NCBI GenBank assembly: GCA_002104945.1
Contig: MCFH01000012.1
Span: 496,001-560,000, forward strand
Origin: Piromyces finnis finn
Lineage: Eukaryota; Fungi; Neocallimastigomycota
DNA length: 64,000 bases
Direction: 5' to 3'
Below the pieces are notes generated by a model. The model searched no databases and was not told the DNA's origin. It was given only the letters and a program-made list of their open reading frames with translations. Of this stretch, positions 41,306 to 54,470 are shown piece by piece. Both the position numbers and the translations under genes were made by a program. Every line of letters starts with the position of its first letter. Positions within the stretch are counted from its first letter, which is position 1.

Positions 41306-43149
41306 TTTCTGTCTTGAATATTTATTTTATATTAAATTAAAATATATATATAAACCTATATTTAATAACAAAAAAGAAATAATCTGTTAATATCAAGCAG
41401 TAATTATAAACTTTTAATTTTTTTGTAAATTTTATTAAATTATTTCAAATTTCTAATTATCCATTTCTTAATTATTTATTCATTCATTTCTAATCATCTA
41501 TCTTCTATTTAACTCTTTTCTAATCATTTATTTATTTCTTTATATCTATTTCACCTATTCAATTATTTATCTATTCCACTTTATCAAATGTATAATTTTT
41601 TCTCTTTTTTTATATATTATTAAAAAAAAAAAAGATATATTTACAACTATACAACTTTAAATCTGAATGGAATGTATAAATAAATAAATAAATAAATTAG
41701 GTAATTTTTCTTTACTTCTATATATGACAATCTTTTAAAACTATATAAATAATCAATTATTAATAAAACGGTTTAAATTTAATATTTTAATATTTTATAA
41801 TAAAAATATGTAGATTTACTTTTTTTTTTTAATGCGTATTTATGTTTTTCTTTTTTTTTTTTTAAATTGACATTAATACTTTTTATTATTTTATTTTATT
41901 TTTTTTTTGTTCTGTTTTTATTTTATATTTTTATTTTTTTTATTTCAATAAAATTCAAAACAGTGAAAATAAAAAAATAAAAAAAATGTAAATTTTTATT
42001 TTTTTTTTTTTTTTTTTTTTGGATTTAGAAGGAAAAAAAATTTTTTTTTTACCTTTAAATTATTTTTTGTTGAACAATTAAATCAAATAAAACCATTCAA
42101 TTAAAATCAATTAAATCTAATATATTTACAATAAATTTACAATATATTAATTTATATAGTAATATATTGTTAATGAAATTATTTGACAATAATCGAGAAG
42201 ATAAAAAAAATTGCAAATGAATAAAATAAAAATCAATAAAAAAAGGCCTAAAATTTTTAATCAATTAATTAAAAAAATTTTATTTATTCATCCTCTAATT
42301 TTGATAAAAGAATAAAGGATGATCTATAATTAGGATTAGGATTGTAATAAGAAAGGATCTAGGTATTATCACAAATAATAATAATAGAAAGTAGATTGAT
42401 AAAAAGTAGAAATATAGCAATAGCAATAGCAATAATATAAAACAGTATTTTATGAATTCTTAATAGCTGCAGCAATTATGCAATAATTATACCCACTCCC
42501 ATTACTTTATCAATGTTATTTTTGTATTTATCAATGATTTATCAAACTTTTAAATAATTAAATGATAAAATTTATGTACATTATGATAATGTAATGCAAA
42601 TGTAAATGTAAATCATTCATTTGCTACATTTATATGCTACAAATGCATTTATCTATAATTTGATTGGTAGTTGAAATGTTTATACATTTGATTGGGGAAA
42701 AGTACTACACTATTTTTAAAGTTTACGTCATTTAATATATGAGAATAGTATATGTTTATATATTATTTTAATACTAATATTTCTATAATTTCATATATTA
42801 TAAATACTTTATTTTAAATTAAAATTTAAATTAAATTAATTAATGAGAATTTATGCAAACAAACAAAAATAAATAAATAGAAAGATGAATAAATAATAAA
42901 ATACAAAATATATAATTAATGTAACACGATATGTAGTAATATAATGTAATAGTAATTAATAATAATTAATAATAATTAGTTTTTTATTATATGTAATATT
43001 AATTAGTAATTAAATAATGTTTATTAATAATAAATATTAAGGTTTTTTAATAAATAATAAAAGAAATGAATTAATAAATCTATTTACCTTAATAAATAAT
43101 ATTAAATAATATTAAATATTAATTAATAATAAATATTAATTAATAATAA

Positions 43150-44000
43150 TAGTAATAATAATAGTAATAATAATAGTAATAGTAATAGTAATAGTAATAG
43201 TAATAGTAATAGTAATAGTAATAGTAATAGTAATAGTAATAGTAATAGTAATAGTAATAGTAATAGTAATAGTAATAGTAATAGTAATAGTAATAGTAAT
43301 AGTAATAGCAATCGGTAATAGTAATAGCAATCGGTAATAGTAATAGCAATCGGTAATAGTAATAGTAATAGTAATAGTAATAGTAATAGTAATAGTAATA
43401 GTAATAATAATAGTAATAGTAATAGTAATAGTAATAGTAATAGTAATAGTAATAGTAATAGTAATAGTAATAGTAATAGTAAAGTAATAGTAATAGTAAT
43501 AGTAATAGTAATAGTAATAGTAATAGTAATAGTAATAGTAATAGTAATAGTAATAGTAATAGTAATAGTAATAGTAATAGTAATAGTAATAGTAATAGTA
43601 ATAGTAATAGTAAATAGTAATAGTAATAGTAATAGTAATAGTAATAGTAATAGTAATAGTAATAGTAATAGTAATAGTAATAGTATAGTAATAGTAATAG
43701 TAATAGTAATAGTAATAGTAATAGTAATAGTAATAGTAATAGTAAAGTAATAGTAATAGTAATAGTAATAGTAATAGTAATAGTAATAGTAATAGTAATA
43801 GTAATAGTAATAGTAATAGTAATAGTAATAGTAATAGTAATAGTAATAGTAATAGTAATAGTAATAGTAATAGTAATAGTAATAGTAATAGTAATAGTAA
43901 TAGTAATAGTAATAGTAATAGTAATAGTAATAGTAATAGTAATAGTAATAGTAATAGTAATTAGTAATAGTAATAGTAATTAGTAATAGTAATAGTAATT
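43150..44000. repeat. ~850-bp (AGTAAT)n hexamer tandem array
   Basis: Nearly pure AGTAAT repeats with three 19-bp variant units (agcaatcggtaatagtaat) at ~43307-43363 and several single-base indels. It produces the spurious poly-Y, poly-L and IT ORFs. Confidence 0.95.
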
Positions 44001-44166
44001 TATTGTTAAATAATACAATTACATAATTACATATTATCAACCTTTTATTGTATACAATTTAATATGGAGTATGTAATAATAAATTAAAAAAAATAATAAT
44101 AAATTTCGTATAAATAATTAATAATTTTCAATAATATTTTTTTTTCTTTAAAAAAACAAAAACAAA

Positions 44167-44367
44167 ATGAATGAACAAGTAGATAAAAAGACTTTAATTT
44201 ACCAAAGTATTTTAGGAATAGCTTCTTTAATTATTACTACTATTTTATTTGCATTGGATAAAGATATATTTGCTTATGGATTTGTAATTATTACTCTCAT
44301 AGCACAAATTGCATTTCCATTCACTTTATCAAATGGAAAACCTTTAGGAATGATAAGTAAAGTATAA
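44167..44367 (+). CDS. Putative 66-aa two-TM small membrane protein
   Basis: ATG after an A-rich leader. Two hydrophobic segments, SILGIASLIITTILFAL and IFAYGFVIITLIAQIAFPF, are separated by DKD. Not low-complexity. Confidence 0.45.
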   Translation: MNEQVDKKTLIYQSILGIASLIITTILFALDKDIFAYGFVIITLIAQIAFPFTLSNGKPLGMISKV

Positions 44368-45818
44368 AAATTTTAAAAATGGTAGCAATGCACAAATGCA
44401 ACAGATATTATTTTATTAATTAAAAGCTTTGCTTATATATAAAAAAAAAAGCAAAACTTGTTTATATAAGCTTTATAATTATAATTTGACAGGAAAAAAA
44501 AAGTATAAGACAAATAGTATGGTGATTTACTAATAAATATGTATATAATAAGTATATATTTGATTCCTTTTTTAAAAGGAAAGGCAATCATTTTGAATCT
44601 TATTTGTATTAGAAAAATGTCTTTTTTTACTGTCAATAAATATTTTCGACATTTTTTTAAAAAAAAATAAATGATAAATATTAAAAATTATAATAAATAT
44701 CGATTTTTAATATGAAATAAAAATACATTAAATAAAAAGTATATGTATTAAGTAAATAACAATTAGTAATAAATAATTATTACTTTATACAAAATAAATA
44801 AATAAATAAAAATTGTTTAAAACAACTTTTTTTAAAAAAAAAATGGTAGCGATAAATGATTAATGAATTACTGTTTATTATGTAAACAAGTGTATGGACA
44901 ACTTCTAAATAACTTATATACATTTATACAATAATTGAATCATTATTTAAAAGTATGGTTAATAATATAAATAAGATTAAACTGTATTTTTACTAATTGT
45001 AATAGTTTTAGTCAGATTCAAGCAGGTTCTAAACAGTTCTACTTTTACTGCCTTTTTTTTTGTAAATAAAATACACATAAATTTAATATAAAATTTAATA
45101 TAAAATTTAATATAAAAAGTTTTTTTAAATTTTCATTGGCTTAAATCAAATTTAATTTAAATTAATAAAATCTTCATTTAAAACAAATTAAAATGGATGC
45201 AAGTTTTGATGGGTAGGTTTTATAGTTTAAAGCAAGGGTGAAATTTTATAGAATATTAATAATAATAAGAAGAAGAATTGAAAAAATATATATCATAGAG
45301 TTAAATAATATATTGTAAAGTCATATAGTAACAAAAAAAAATGAAAATAAAATGAATGTTTCTTAACTATATTACTTGAAAGAACATTTATATATTTTAA
45401 AAAAATAAAGTTTTATTATTCCTATAAAATATTTCCAAAGTAAAAAAAAAAAAAAAAAAAAAAGGCATCTTTGAAAAATATAATTTTTTTTTATAAAATC
45501 TATGGAATGTGTGTATAAATAGAGTTAATTAATAGTACAAAATTAAGATACTGCAGGAAAATACTACGGAAAGTCAAGCTTCCTCCACTTTTCTTACACG
45601 TATCTTAATTTTTAACAAGGCCTCTTTTAAATATATAATTTAAAAAAAAAATTATATTTATCAAAGATACCCTTTTTTTTTCTAAGAAAGCTATTGATAA
45701 TATTCAATCTTTTATAAAATATTTTATATTTTCAAAATAATAATCAATATTATAAAGTAATGTTGTTTTGTCAATTTTAATATAATCATTTAACTATCTC
45801 TTTTATTTATTTATTTAC

Positions 45819-46009
<191 letters not shown>

Positions 46010-46704
46010 AATTACAATTATAAACAATAAATAATGAATTACTGTAGTATTTATATTTAATTTTTACCAATTTAAAAAATAATAATATTATTAGTAATAT
46101 AATTTATTATATATATATTAAAAAATACCAAATAATAAATAATTAAATATATATTAGAAAAAAAAAAAAAACATAATCTTTTTTTAACTATTTTTTAATA
46201 TAATTTTATACTCTTATTATTATTGTGGTATTTTTTTAGTCTATCTTTTTAACTTAATAAAAAAATTTTGTAAAAAAAACTTTTGAAAATAAATAATAAT
46301 AATAATAATAATATGGGAAACTTTCATAAAATAAACAGTTTAATATGAAATAGTTAAAAATAATAGCAAAATAATATAAAAATATTATTAGAATTATTAA
46401 TAAATAGTATAGATAATAATATTAACAATGGATAATATGATGGTATGATATATATTTTTTTTTTATTCCGTTAATATAAAATTTATAAATGTAAATATAC
46501 ATATATAAAAAAAATATCATTTATATTATACTTTTATCTATGGTATAATTACCTTAATACAGCATATATAATAATAATATAATATATATTATATATATAT
46601 ATTATTTATCATTTTAAACTTTTATTATATATAAAAAAATAAAAAAATAAAACTTTTATTCATTTCAACAATTTTATTATTAAATATTCTATCTACATTT
46701 TTAG

Positions 46705-46745
46705 GTACGGTTTATAAGGTAAAAGCTGATTCTTATTTAAATGTT
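46705..46745 (+). pseudogene. Isolated N-terminal half of a bacterial-type SH3 (SH3b) domain
   Basis: After a ttttag acceptor the frame reads (G)TVYKVKADSYLNV, matching the SH3b start YxVxAxxxLNVR. It then breaks into T-rich sequence. Confidence 0.5.
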
Positions 46746-46765
46746 ACTTTTTTTTCATTTTTACT

Positions 46766-47497
46766 TAAAAAAAAATAATTGTATTATTTTCTGGCATAAG
46801 CATATTAACATTCATCTCACTTGATCTTTTGTAGTTTTTCATAAAACAACCTGCTAATAATTCAGGAGTTCCATTACTCTTACTAAATTGAGAAAGAGTT
46901 ATTGAACAACTTGATGTTTTATCATATTGAAGACCATTATCAAATTCATATTGACATTGAGTTTGAAAACTTTTATAATTTTATCCTTTACCACTTGCCC
47001 AATTCTTAATCATCGATCCTGAAATCCATTGAACAAGACCATAACTATTACTGCTATCCTTACTCTTTTTTTTCGGCACTGGGGTTAAGAGTAGATTCAT
47101 GTTCCATATTTCCGAGTAAACTACTAATAGCATTTTTGTTTCAACCTTTAACTGTAAAGAAATTATAAACTTTAGTAGCCACATCAATTTGAGTTTGTGT
47201 CCTAGAGGAGATCACTAAAATAAGTTGATAGACTTAGTTTTAAGTATTTTGTAGAGGCATAACCTCTATTAGTAACATACCAACCATAATTCCATGGATC
47301 AATACCAAAAACTTGAACGACAATATCTTTAGGTAATGGTATTTTGTGATGGACCAGTTCTACTTCATCTGTTGTTATAATGAAATTCTGACCATCTGTA
47401 GAGTAATTAAATAAGAAATATGTACATATCTTTTATAAAATTTTACCCAACCATTATTGGTAATAGTAGTGGAATATATATATTGATTATTTAATTT
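46766..47497 (-). pseudogene. Bacterial/phage-type SH3b-SH3b-phage tail lysozyme (Phage_lysozyme2-like) pseudogene
   Basis: Across frameshifts: ..TITNNGWVKFYKRYVHISYL (end of SH3b); SRTGPSQN..LPKDIVVQVFGIDPWNYGWYVTNRGYASTKYL (SH3b); QIDVATKVYNFFTVKG*NKNAISSLLGNMEHESTLNPSAE..SYGLVQWISGSMIKNWASGKG*NYKSFQTQCQYEFDNGLQY..ITLSQFSKSNGTPELLAGCFMKNYKR..AYARK*YNYF. This fits the GWSxNAIAGILGNMxxESxLNP..GxGLxQW..PExLAxxFxxNYER..RxxxAxxWY pattern. Stops at 47202-47204, 47141-47143 and 46981-46983. Confidence 0.82.
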
Positions 47498-49510
47498 TTT
47501 TCTCTTTCTTTAATAAGTTTTAAGAAAATTAAAATTAAATTGAACATAAAGTAAATTTAAAATATAATAATAAATTGAAACAACACATGTATTATATAAT
47601 AAAAATAAAAATAGTTATAATAAACATAATAGGAATAAGTCGCTTTTTTTTTTTAAACTTTTTTTTTTTTGTGTGTGGGTTAAATAAATATACACACCTA
47701 ACCCATATATAAACAATTTTTATAATCTAACCATCACAAAGCTAATTAAGTATATATAATACACTAAAAAAAAAAAGCCAAAAAATTTTTAAAATATAAA
47801 AAAGAAAACACATCATATATTACTATTTAATGATTTAGAAATATTATATTATATTTCTTTAATCTTAAAAGTTGAATTATCTCTTAAAAGACCATTAGTT
47901 ATTTCATTTCTAATAATCTTTATTTTTTTATATTCAAGTAATAGTATTTTGGGTAGAGATGAAAAAAATAATTCTTTTTTTTTATTGCTAATGATAGTTC
48001 CTACACTCATTTTTTTTCCATACCATTCATTCTTTTCTTTATTATGAAGTATGCTATTCAAAATGACTTTCACTTTATTATTTAGTAAAATTTCATTACA
48101 ACAACATTCTAATAACATTCTAATTAAAATTTATAACATCCTTCTTAAAGCATTTTTTATACTATTCTTTTTTTATCATTCTCTTTATCACATCATTTTT
48201 ATGATAATTTTAGGCAGAATAAAAAAAGGCCGTTTCCTTTTTTAATTTATTCCAATAAAAAAGTTTTATTTTTGTTTTTTATATTTAATTGCCTTTTATG
48301 CAAAATATTATTTATTAAAGTTTCTTTATTTTTTATATTATTTAAAGTTTTACATCCTCATTAGTAACTTTAATTAATAAATAAATGTTGAGTTTTTTTT
48401 TATGCAACCATTTCATTTATTCTCACCAATAATATTCATTCAATAGTATGATTAAAGTTACACAAAATATCTTTAATTTTCTATCTCATTTATTTTAATT
48501 TTTCTTATATTACATTATATTCTAATATATATCCATGCAATAAATTATTCATGTGAGAAAGTGATAACATTACTGAAAATCATCTTATTGCTTAGAATTG
48601 TGTTTAATAATTAATTTAATTTTAATTCAATTATTATATATATTAATGTATAATCATTAATATATAAGCATCCATTTAAAAGTTTAACATTTTTTATTCC
48701 AGATAAAAGTTTTTTAACGTGCTTTATATTTAGTAAACATCCACCATCCACACACCACTTTTATGCCAACAAAAGTAGTGCCATGCCTACTATCAGTCAA
48801 GGTAGAAGAACTTAAAATATATATTATCTATTGATGATTTACACTATGATTATTATTGTGTGTGTATGGTATTATTGTGTATAATACTATAGCTACACTT
48901 TATGTAACTATTATTCTTTTCAAGTGGTGGTGGTATAATACTAGCATTACAACCCAATAAATTTAATACATTTTAATACGTTTCAATACATACAATTTTT
49001 ATTGAAAGATGTCATCCAAAACGTTTAAAAACCAATTTCTAATAAAAAGTTTTTTTTTTAAATAATGATGTTAGTATTATTTCTTTTCTTTTTTTTAATT
49101 TCTATTCATAAAGTAGAGATAGTATAATTCCTTATTAAATATTCAGTGTTTTTATTCTTTCAATTACAAGGTAAATTACTGCTTTTTTCTTAAAATAAAA
49201 AGGACGGTTTATGCCATCATCAGCAGCAATATTCATTTTTTTTTCTCATTTTCATTTATGTTTCAAAGATTTTAATTTAATTTAAATATATTATAAAATA
49301 TATTACAATATATTCAGTTCAATGGATAATTTATATTAAACTTATTTTAATAATAAATGCTCAACTTGGCCTTCATTGAATTATTAATTCATTTACTTTT
49401 TATTTATACTATAATTATTTCATTCACCAACTTTAATTATTATGATTTATTTATATATTAATAATTCATTCATTGAATTATCATGACACGGAAAATGAAA
49501 AAAATTTAAA

Positions 49511-49544
<34 letters not shown>

Positions 49545-50089
49545 TCTTTTTTTTTATTTTGAACTTTTTTCCAAAAAAGAAAGAAAGAAAAAAAGTTTTG
49601 CTAATAAAATTGTTTTTAATTCTACAAATATCAATGGGAATATAAAAAAACAAAAACAACTAAAAAGAAGAAAAAGAAAAAAGAAGAAAAAAAAATAAAT
49701 ATTTAATAATAATAATAATAATAATTAAATAATAATAATTAAATAATAATAAATCAAAATCAAAATTTAAAAAATCAAAAAATCAAAAAATTATAAACTA
49801 ATAGAAAAAAAAAAAGTAATATTATTATCAAACAAAATAATAATAAATTAATAACAAATATATAATAAAAATAACAAATAATACACTTTGTCTTTCTTTT
49901 TTTTTTTTTTTTAACTATATTATTATTATGATAATAATTAATTAAAAAAAAAGAAAAGAAATTTTAAAATAATAATAAATACTATTCATTATATAAAATA
50001 AAATAAAAAAAGTATTTCATAATTATCAAAAACAAAAATAAAAACAAAACAAAACAAAGGCAAAACAAAAACATCATATCTTATCCAAA

Positions 50090-51951
50090 ATGATAAAATC
50101 ATCATTTCTTCATTATATATATATACTGTGTTTGGTTGTATTAAGTGTCTATTCATTAGGTAATTAATTGATAATATTATAATAATAGAAAGGTGTTTAA
50201 ATATTTAACTAACATATACAATATATATCTTTACCACATTATCCTTTTTTTTTTTTTTTTTAAATAATAGACCTTAATATTAATACAAAAGAATTATCCT
50301 ATAAAGTTCAAATGAATATGGATATTATAGTAAAAAAGAATAATATCATTGTTGAATGGGATAAACCTTCAGATGATCCACATCCAAATAATTTTACACT
50401 TGAACTTTTAACCAATAGTACAATTGATAAGTCAACTGGTAAAATATTTTGTGGTGGTACTTATCTTATTGCTGATAATATCACGGATTATCAATACAAA
50501 TGGAAGGTTATTAAACTTCAAAAGTATGATATGTATAGTTTTTTAGTCACTGCTAATGGCTACAGAAAATTTGGTTTATCAAAGACAGTATATTATGCTC
50601 GTAAGTATCTAGAATAATACGATAGAATCAATAAATCATTGATATATGCTTTATTTGTGCTTTTGAAAATTATAATATAGAATAATTTCAATTTACAAAA
50701 TTTTATAAATATTATAATATAGAATAATTTCAATTTACAAATTTTTATAAATATTATAATATAGAATAATTTCAATTTACAAATTTTTATAAATATTATA
50801 ATATAGAATAATTTCAATTTATAAATTTTTATAAATATTGTAATATAGAGTAATTTCAACTTACCATTTTTTTTAATTATATATTAGCAAATTTGTACAA
50901 GTTTATTAAAAATAAAAAGGGTAACTCAACCCTTGTTATTCAATACGATGATGAAGATTATATTGATGATGATGATGACGATGGCGATGATGATGTTGCT
51001 TATAATGAAGTTTTTAATATTACAACCAATTCTGCCATTGCTAATCAAACCACATTAGCACCATTACCAACAGAAACACCAACAGTTAATAATACTTTAC
51101 CAACAAACCCAATAATAAATGGTCCAGTCGATAATAAAACCAATCCAGACAACCAAATTTTACCTAATGAAGCTATTGATAAACAAATTTCGTCTGATGA
51201 TAAAACAAATTCTTTAAATGTTTCCCATTTAATTGGTTTAATTTCTGGTGTCTTAATTTTAGCAATAGCATTGGCTTCATTGATTTTCGTTAATCAAAGA
51301 AATAAAAGAAGAGATAAAGGTGTAGACGCTATTATATTGGAGAAGGGAAAATCTAATACCTCTTATTCCGAGGGTTACACCCAAGATTTTAATGATTACA
51401 GATCTGATACTGCTGATAGTGAAGTTGTTCGTGAAAAATTAAAGAGAGAAGCCTTGGCTATCGAAAGAAAGAAAGTTTTGGAAAGTATAAATGAAAAGAA
51501 ATTAGCTTCTAGAAGTTCAAATTACCCTACTACAAAGGCCTCCAGTGAAGCTATCACCAACCCAACAACAGACTTTTCATGGCAAGGTATGGAAGTCATG
51601 TCCTTTTCACCTATTAAAGTTGTTGGTGATCCACAAAAACCAATACAACATAAACCATATGATGGTAAGGTTAATTTTGATCTTCAAGATATAGATCAAC
51701 ATAATGAATATGAAGTTGATATTACTCAAAACTTAGTTGCTCCACCAGATAGTAACCCATTGGAAAATACCAATATTAATAATGATAATAATTATAATGC
51801 ATTATTAGATAATCAAGTTGCCTATTCACAAGGATTAGATGCTAATGCTATATATTCAGAGGCATTAGAAGATAATGCTATACCTATTCCATTAATAGAT
51901 GAAAATGATAATCATCCAAATTCATCTACTATCATAGATATTAAAGAATAA
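50090..51951 (+). CDS. Type I membrane/cell-surface protein (signal peptide, Kre9/Ser-Thr-rich-GPI-like domain, one TM, cytoplasmic tail), 3 exons
   Basis: Exon 1 50090-50159 gives a signal peptide MIKSSFLHYIYILCLVVLSVYSL. Exon 2 ~50271-50600 has IIVEWDKPSDDPHPNNFTLELL...YLIADNITDYQYKWKV. Exon 3 ~50888-51951 has an acidic/Thr-Pro linker, TM LIGLISGVLILAIALASLIFV and a basic stop-transfer RNKRRDK. Confidence 0.75.
50671..50865. repeat. 42-bp intronic minisatellite, ~4.6 copies
   Basis: Unit tataatatagaataatttcaatttacaaatttttataaatat starts at 50671, 50713, 50755, 50797 and 50839 (partial). It explains ORF 50593-50859. Confidence 0.9.
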
Positions 51952-52805
51952 GTAAAAAATAATGTCTATCACATATCTATCTCTTCGAGCTATCTATTCA
52001 TAATTTCAAAAAAAAAAAAAAAAAAAAAAAAAACGTTATTACAATAGAACGTTAATTTTTTTTTTCAAAGAAAACATAACGTACGACATACACAAATTAG
52101 TAGTAAAGTATTAAAAATTTTGAATTTCAAATTCATTATATTTTATTTTTTAAAGAAGAAAAATTTATTAATAAAGAAAGACCAAAATCCATTGGTATTT
52201 TTGTCTTTCTTTTATATATAAAACTAATATTTACTTTTTATTATGATGAAATGAAACAGAATCGTTTATTGTATTTAAGTAAAATATTAGAATAATAAAA
52301 AAAGTATTTTTCTTCTTTTATTTTTTTTTCTTCAATCATTAACCATATAATGAATGTAAATAATTACATATCAATTATCTTATCACCTAATATTTAATAC
52401 AAAAAAAAAAAAAAAAAAAAAAAAAATCCTCTCTTCCAAAAATAAAACAAATTAAAAAACCAAAATCAAATTAAATTAATAATTAAAATATATAAAGCAA
52501 AACAAAACAAAACAAAAGATGAAAAAATTTCATTAGCAAAAGGTTTTCAAACTAAAAATTCAAAAATAAAAAAAAAGAAAAAAAAAAAAATTAGATAGAA
52601 TTTTTTTTAAGTTGTATTTAAATAATACAAAATTATTAGTTATTATACATATATATAATATATGAAGAATTAATGATTTTTTTTAAAATAATAAAAAAAC
52701 AAACAAACAAACAAATAAAATTCTATCATCTTTTTGGTAAATATTCTATATCATATCTATTCAATGACAATATATAAAATGCAATATATAATATATATTT
52801 TTTAC

Positions 52806-52836
<31 letters not shown>

Positions 52837-54237
52837 GAAAAATATATTAATATATTATGTTAAAAAAGAATAGTTATTATATTACTAGTATAATTAATAG
52901 ATGTCATTTATTCTTTTATTAATTATTTTTATAAGCAAATGAAATATATATATAGATATATATAAGTATATATAAATAATAGCTATAAAATATTTTATAA
53001 TAAATTACTTTTATGTATAATAAGCATATCTATTTCTTACATGTTATGAATATATATATATAAATGAATTATTTATATAGATATATAGATATTTTATTTA
53101 TAAAAGTGTCTTGGTAGATTTTTAAATTACTGGGAAGATTAATTAAAAAAAAGATATCATATTGGTATTTTAATGATTCAATTGTTTTAATGAATAATCA
53201 ACAGAAAGTTAGGGTTTATAATTTAATTGGTGATTGTGAATAGTTTATTAATGGTAGTGAATGACGTTGAATGTATTATGTAGTAATTTTTAAATAAGAA
53301 AATAAATCAATCAATGTAGGAACATATTAAATAGTATTAAAAAGAGAGAAAAAAAAAAAAAAGATCGTAGTAAATGTCAGAATTATAATAAAAGTTAATA
53401 AAAAGGAGGATAAATATTAATCTTGACTTTATAATATTAAAAAATTAAACATATTTTTTAAAGCATATATCGATTGTTATGGATTATAATATTTTTTTTT
53501 ATATATATTAAGTGAAAATATATATATATATATATATTATAAAAAATAAAAGACTTTAAAAAAAGTACTTTTTATTATAATTTTATAAAAATACAATACA
53601 TAAAGCATATTTCGAATGTAAATAATAAAATTTGTAGAAATTATAAATACTCCAATATAACTTTTTCAAATTAGAAAATAATGTAATTATATGTAATTAT
53701 TATACGGTTAATATCATACTTAATAGGGAAATTAAATAAAAGAAGAGATTATTAAAAAAAAAAAAAAAAAGTAATAAATTTTATTTTTCTATTTTGTGTA
53801 CTTTAATAGAGGAGATAATAATTTATTATTAAATTGGGTTTCAACTAAACAACATCAAGAATTAATACAGAGAATTACAAAGTATAGCTTCAAAGTTTCG
53901 AATGAGATATTACATACGGGAAAGCTTCTATTAATATTCTTATATCAAATAACAAACAATCTTTTGTAAACTATGTTTGAATTAAAAAAAAGGTTTTATT
54001 TTGATAAACCGTAAAATCAGGTAATGCAAAAGGTATTTTAAATATTTGATATCTATTCATTACACACACTTTCACTATACATACACATTACACATACTAA
54101 TTAATTATATTGATAAAGTTTATTAAACTATAAACTTTAATGTATATATGAAATTTAAAAATAAATAATTTATAGATATAAATAGAAATCAAAAAACTTT
54201 ATTTTATTTCAAACCAAAATACAAATCATTAATTCAA

Positions 54238-54287
<50 letters not shown>

Positions 54288-54470
54288 AGTCAATATAACT
54301 TATGATGGTATTTATAATACCTATATCTTCAAAACTTTGAATAGAAATTATCTCAATATTTCTATAATCTAAAATCAGTTAAAATGAAAAATTATTAGTA
54401 TATTACTCATATATTTTTAATATAGTTATAATAAATTAAATTAATTATTATATAAGGAATTAATCGTAAT

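Noticed and set aside
43123-44040. Poly-Y, poly-L and IT-repeat ORFs
   Set aside because: They are translations of the (AGTAAT)n array; indels switch frames and there is no unique coding sequence.
47849-49300. Coding-like fragments (ORFs 47849-48118 and 48051-48245, GC patches at 48720-48960)
   Set aside because: Every frame is interrupted, and I found no recognisable domain or consistent exon chain.
50671-50865. 42-bp repeats as a CRISPR-like array
   Set aside because: Head-to-tail units with no spacers, inside a eukaryotic intron; an ordinary minisatellite.
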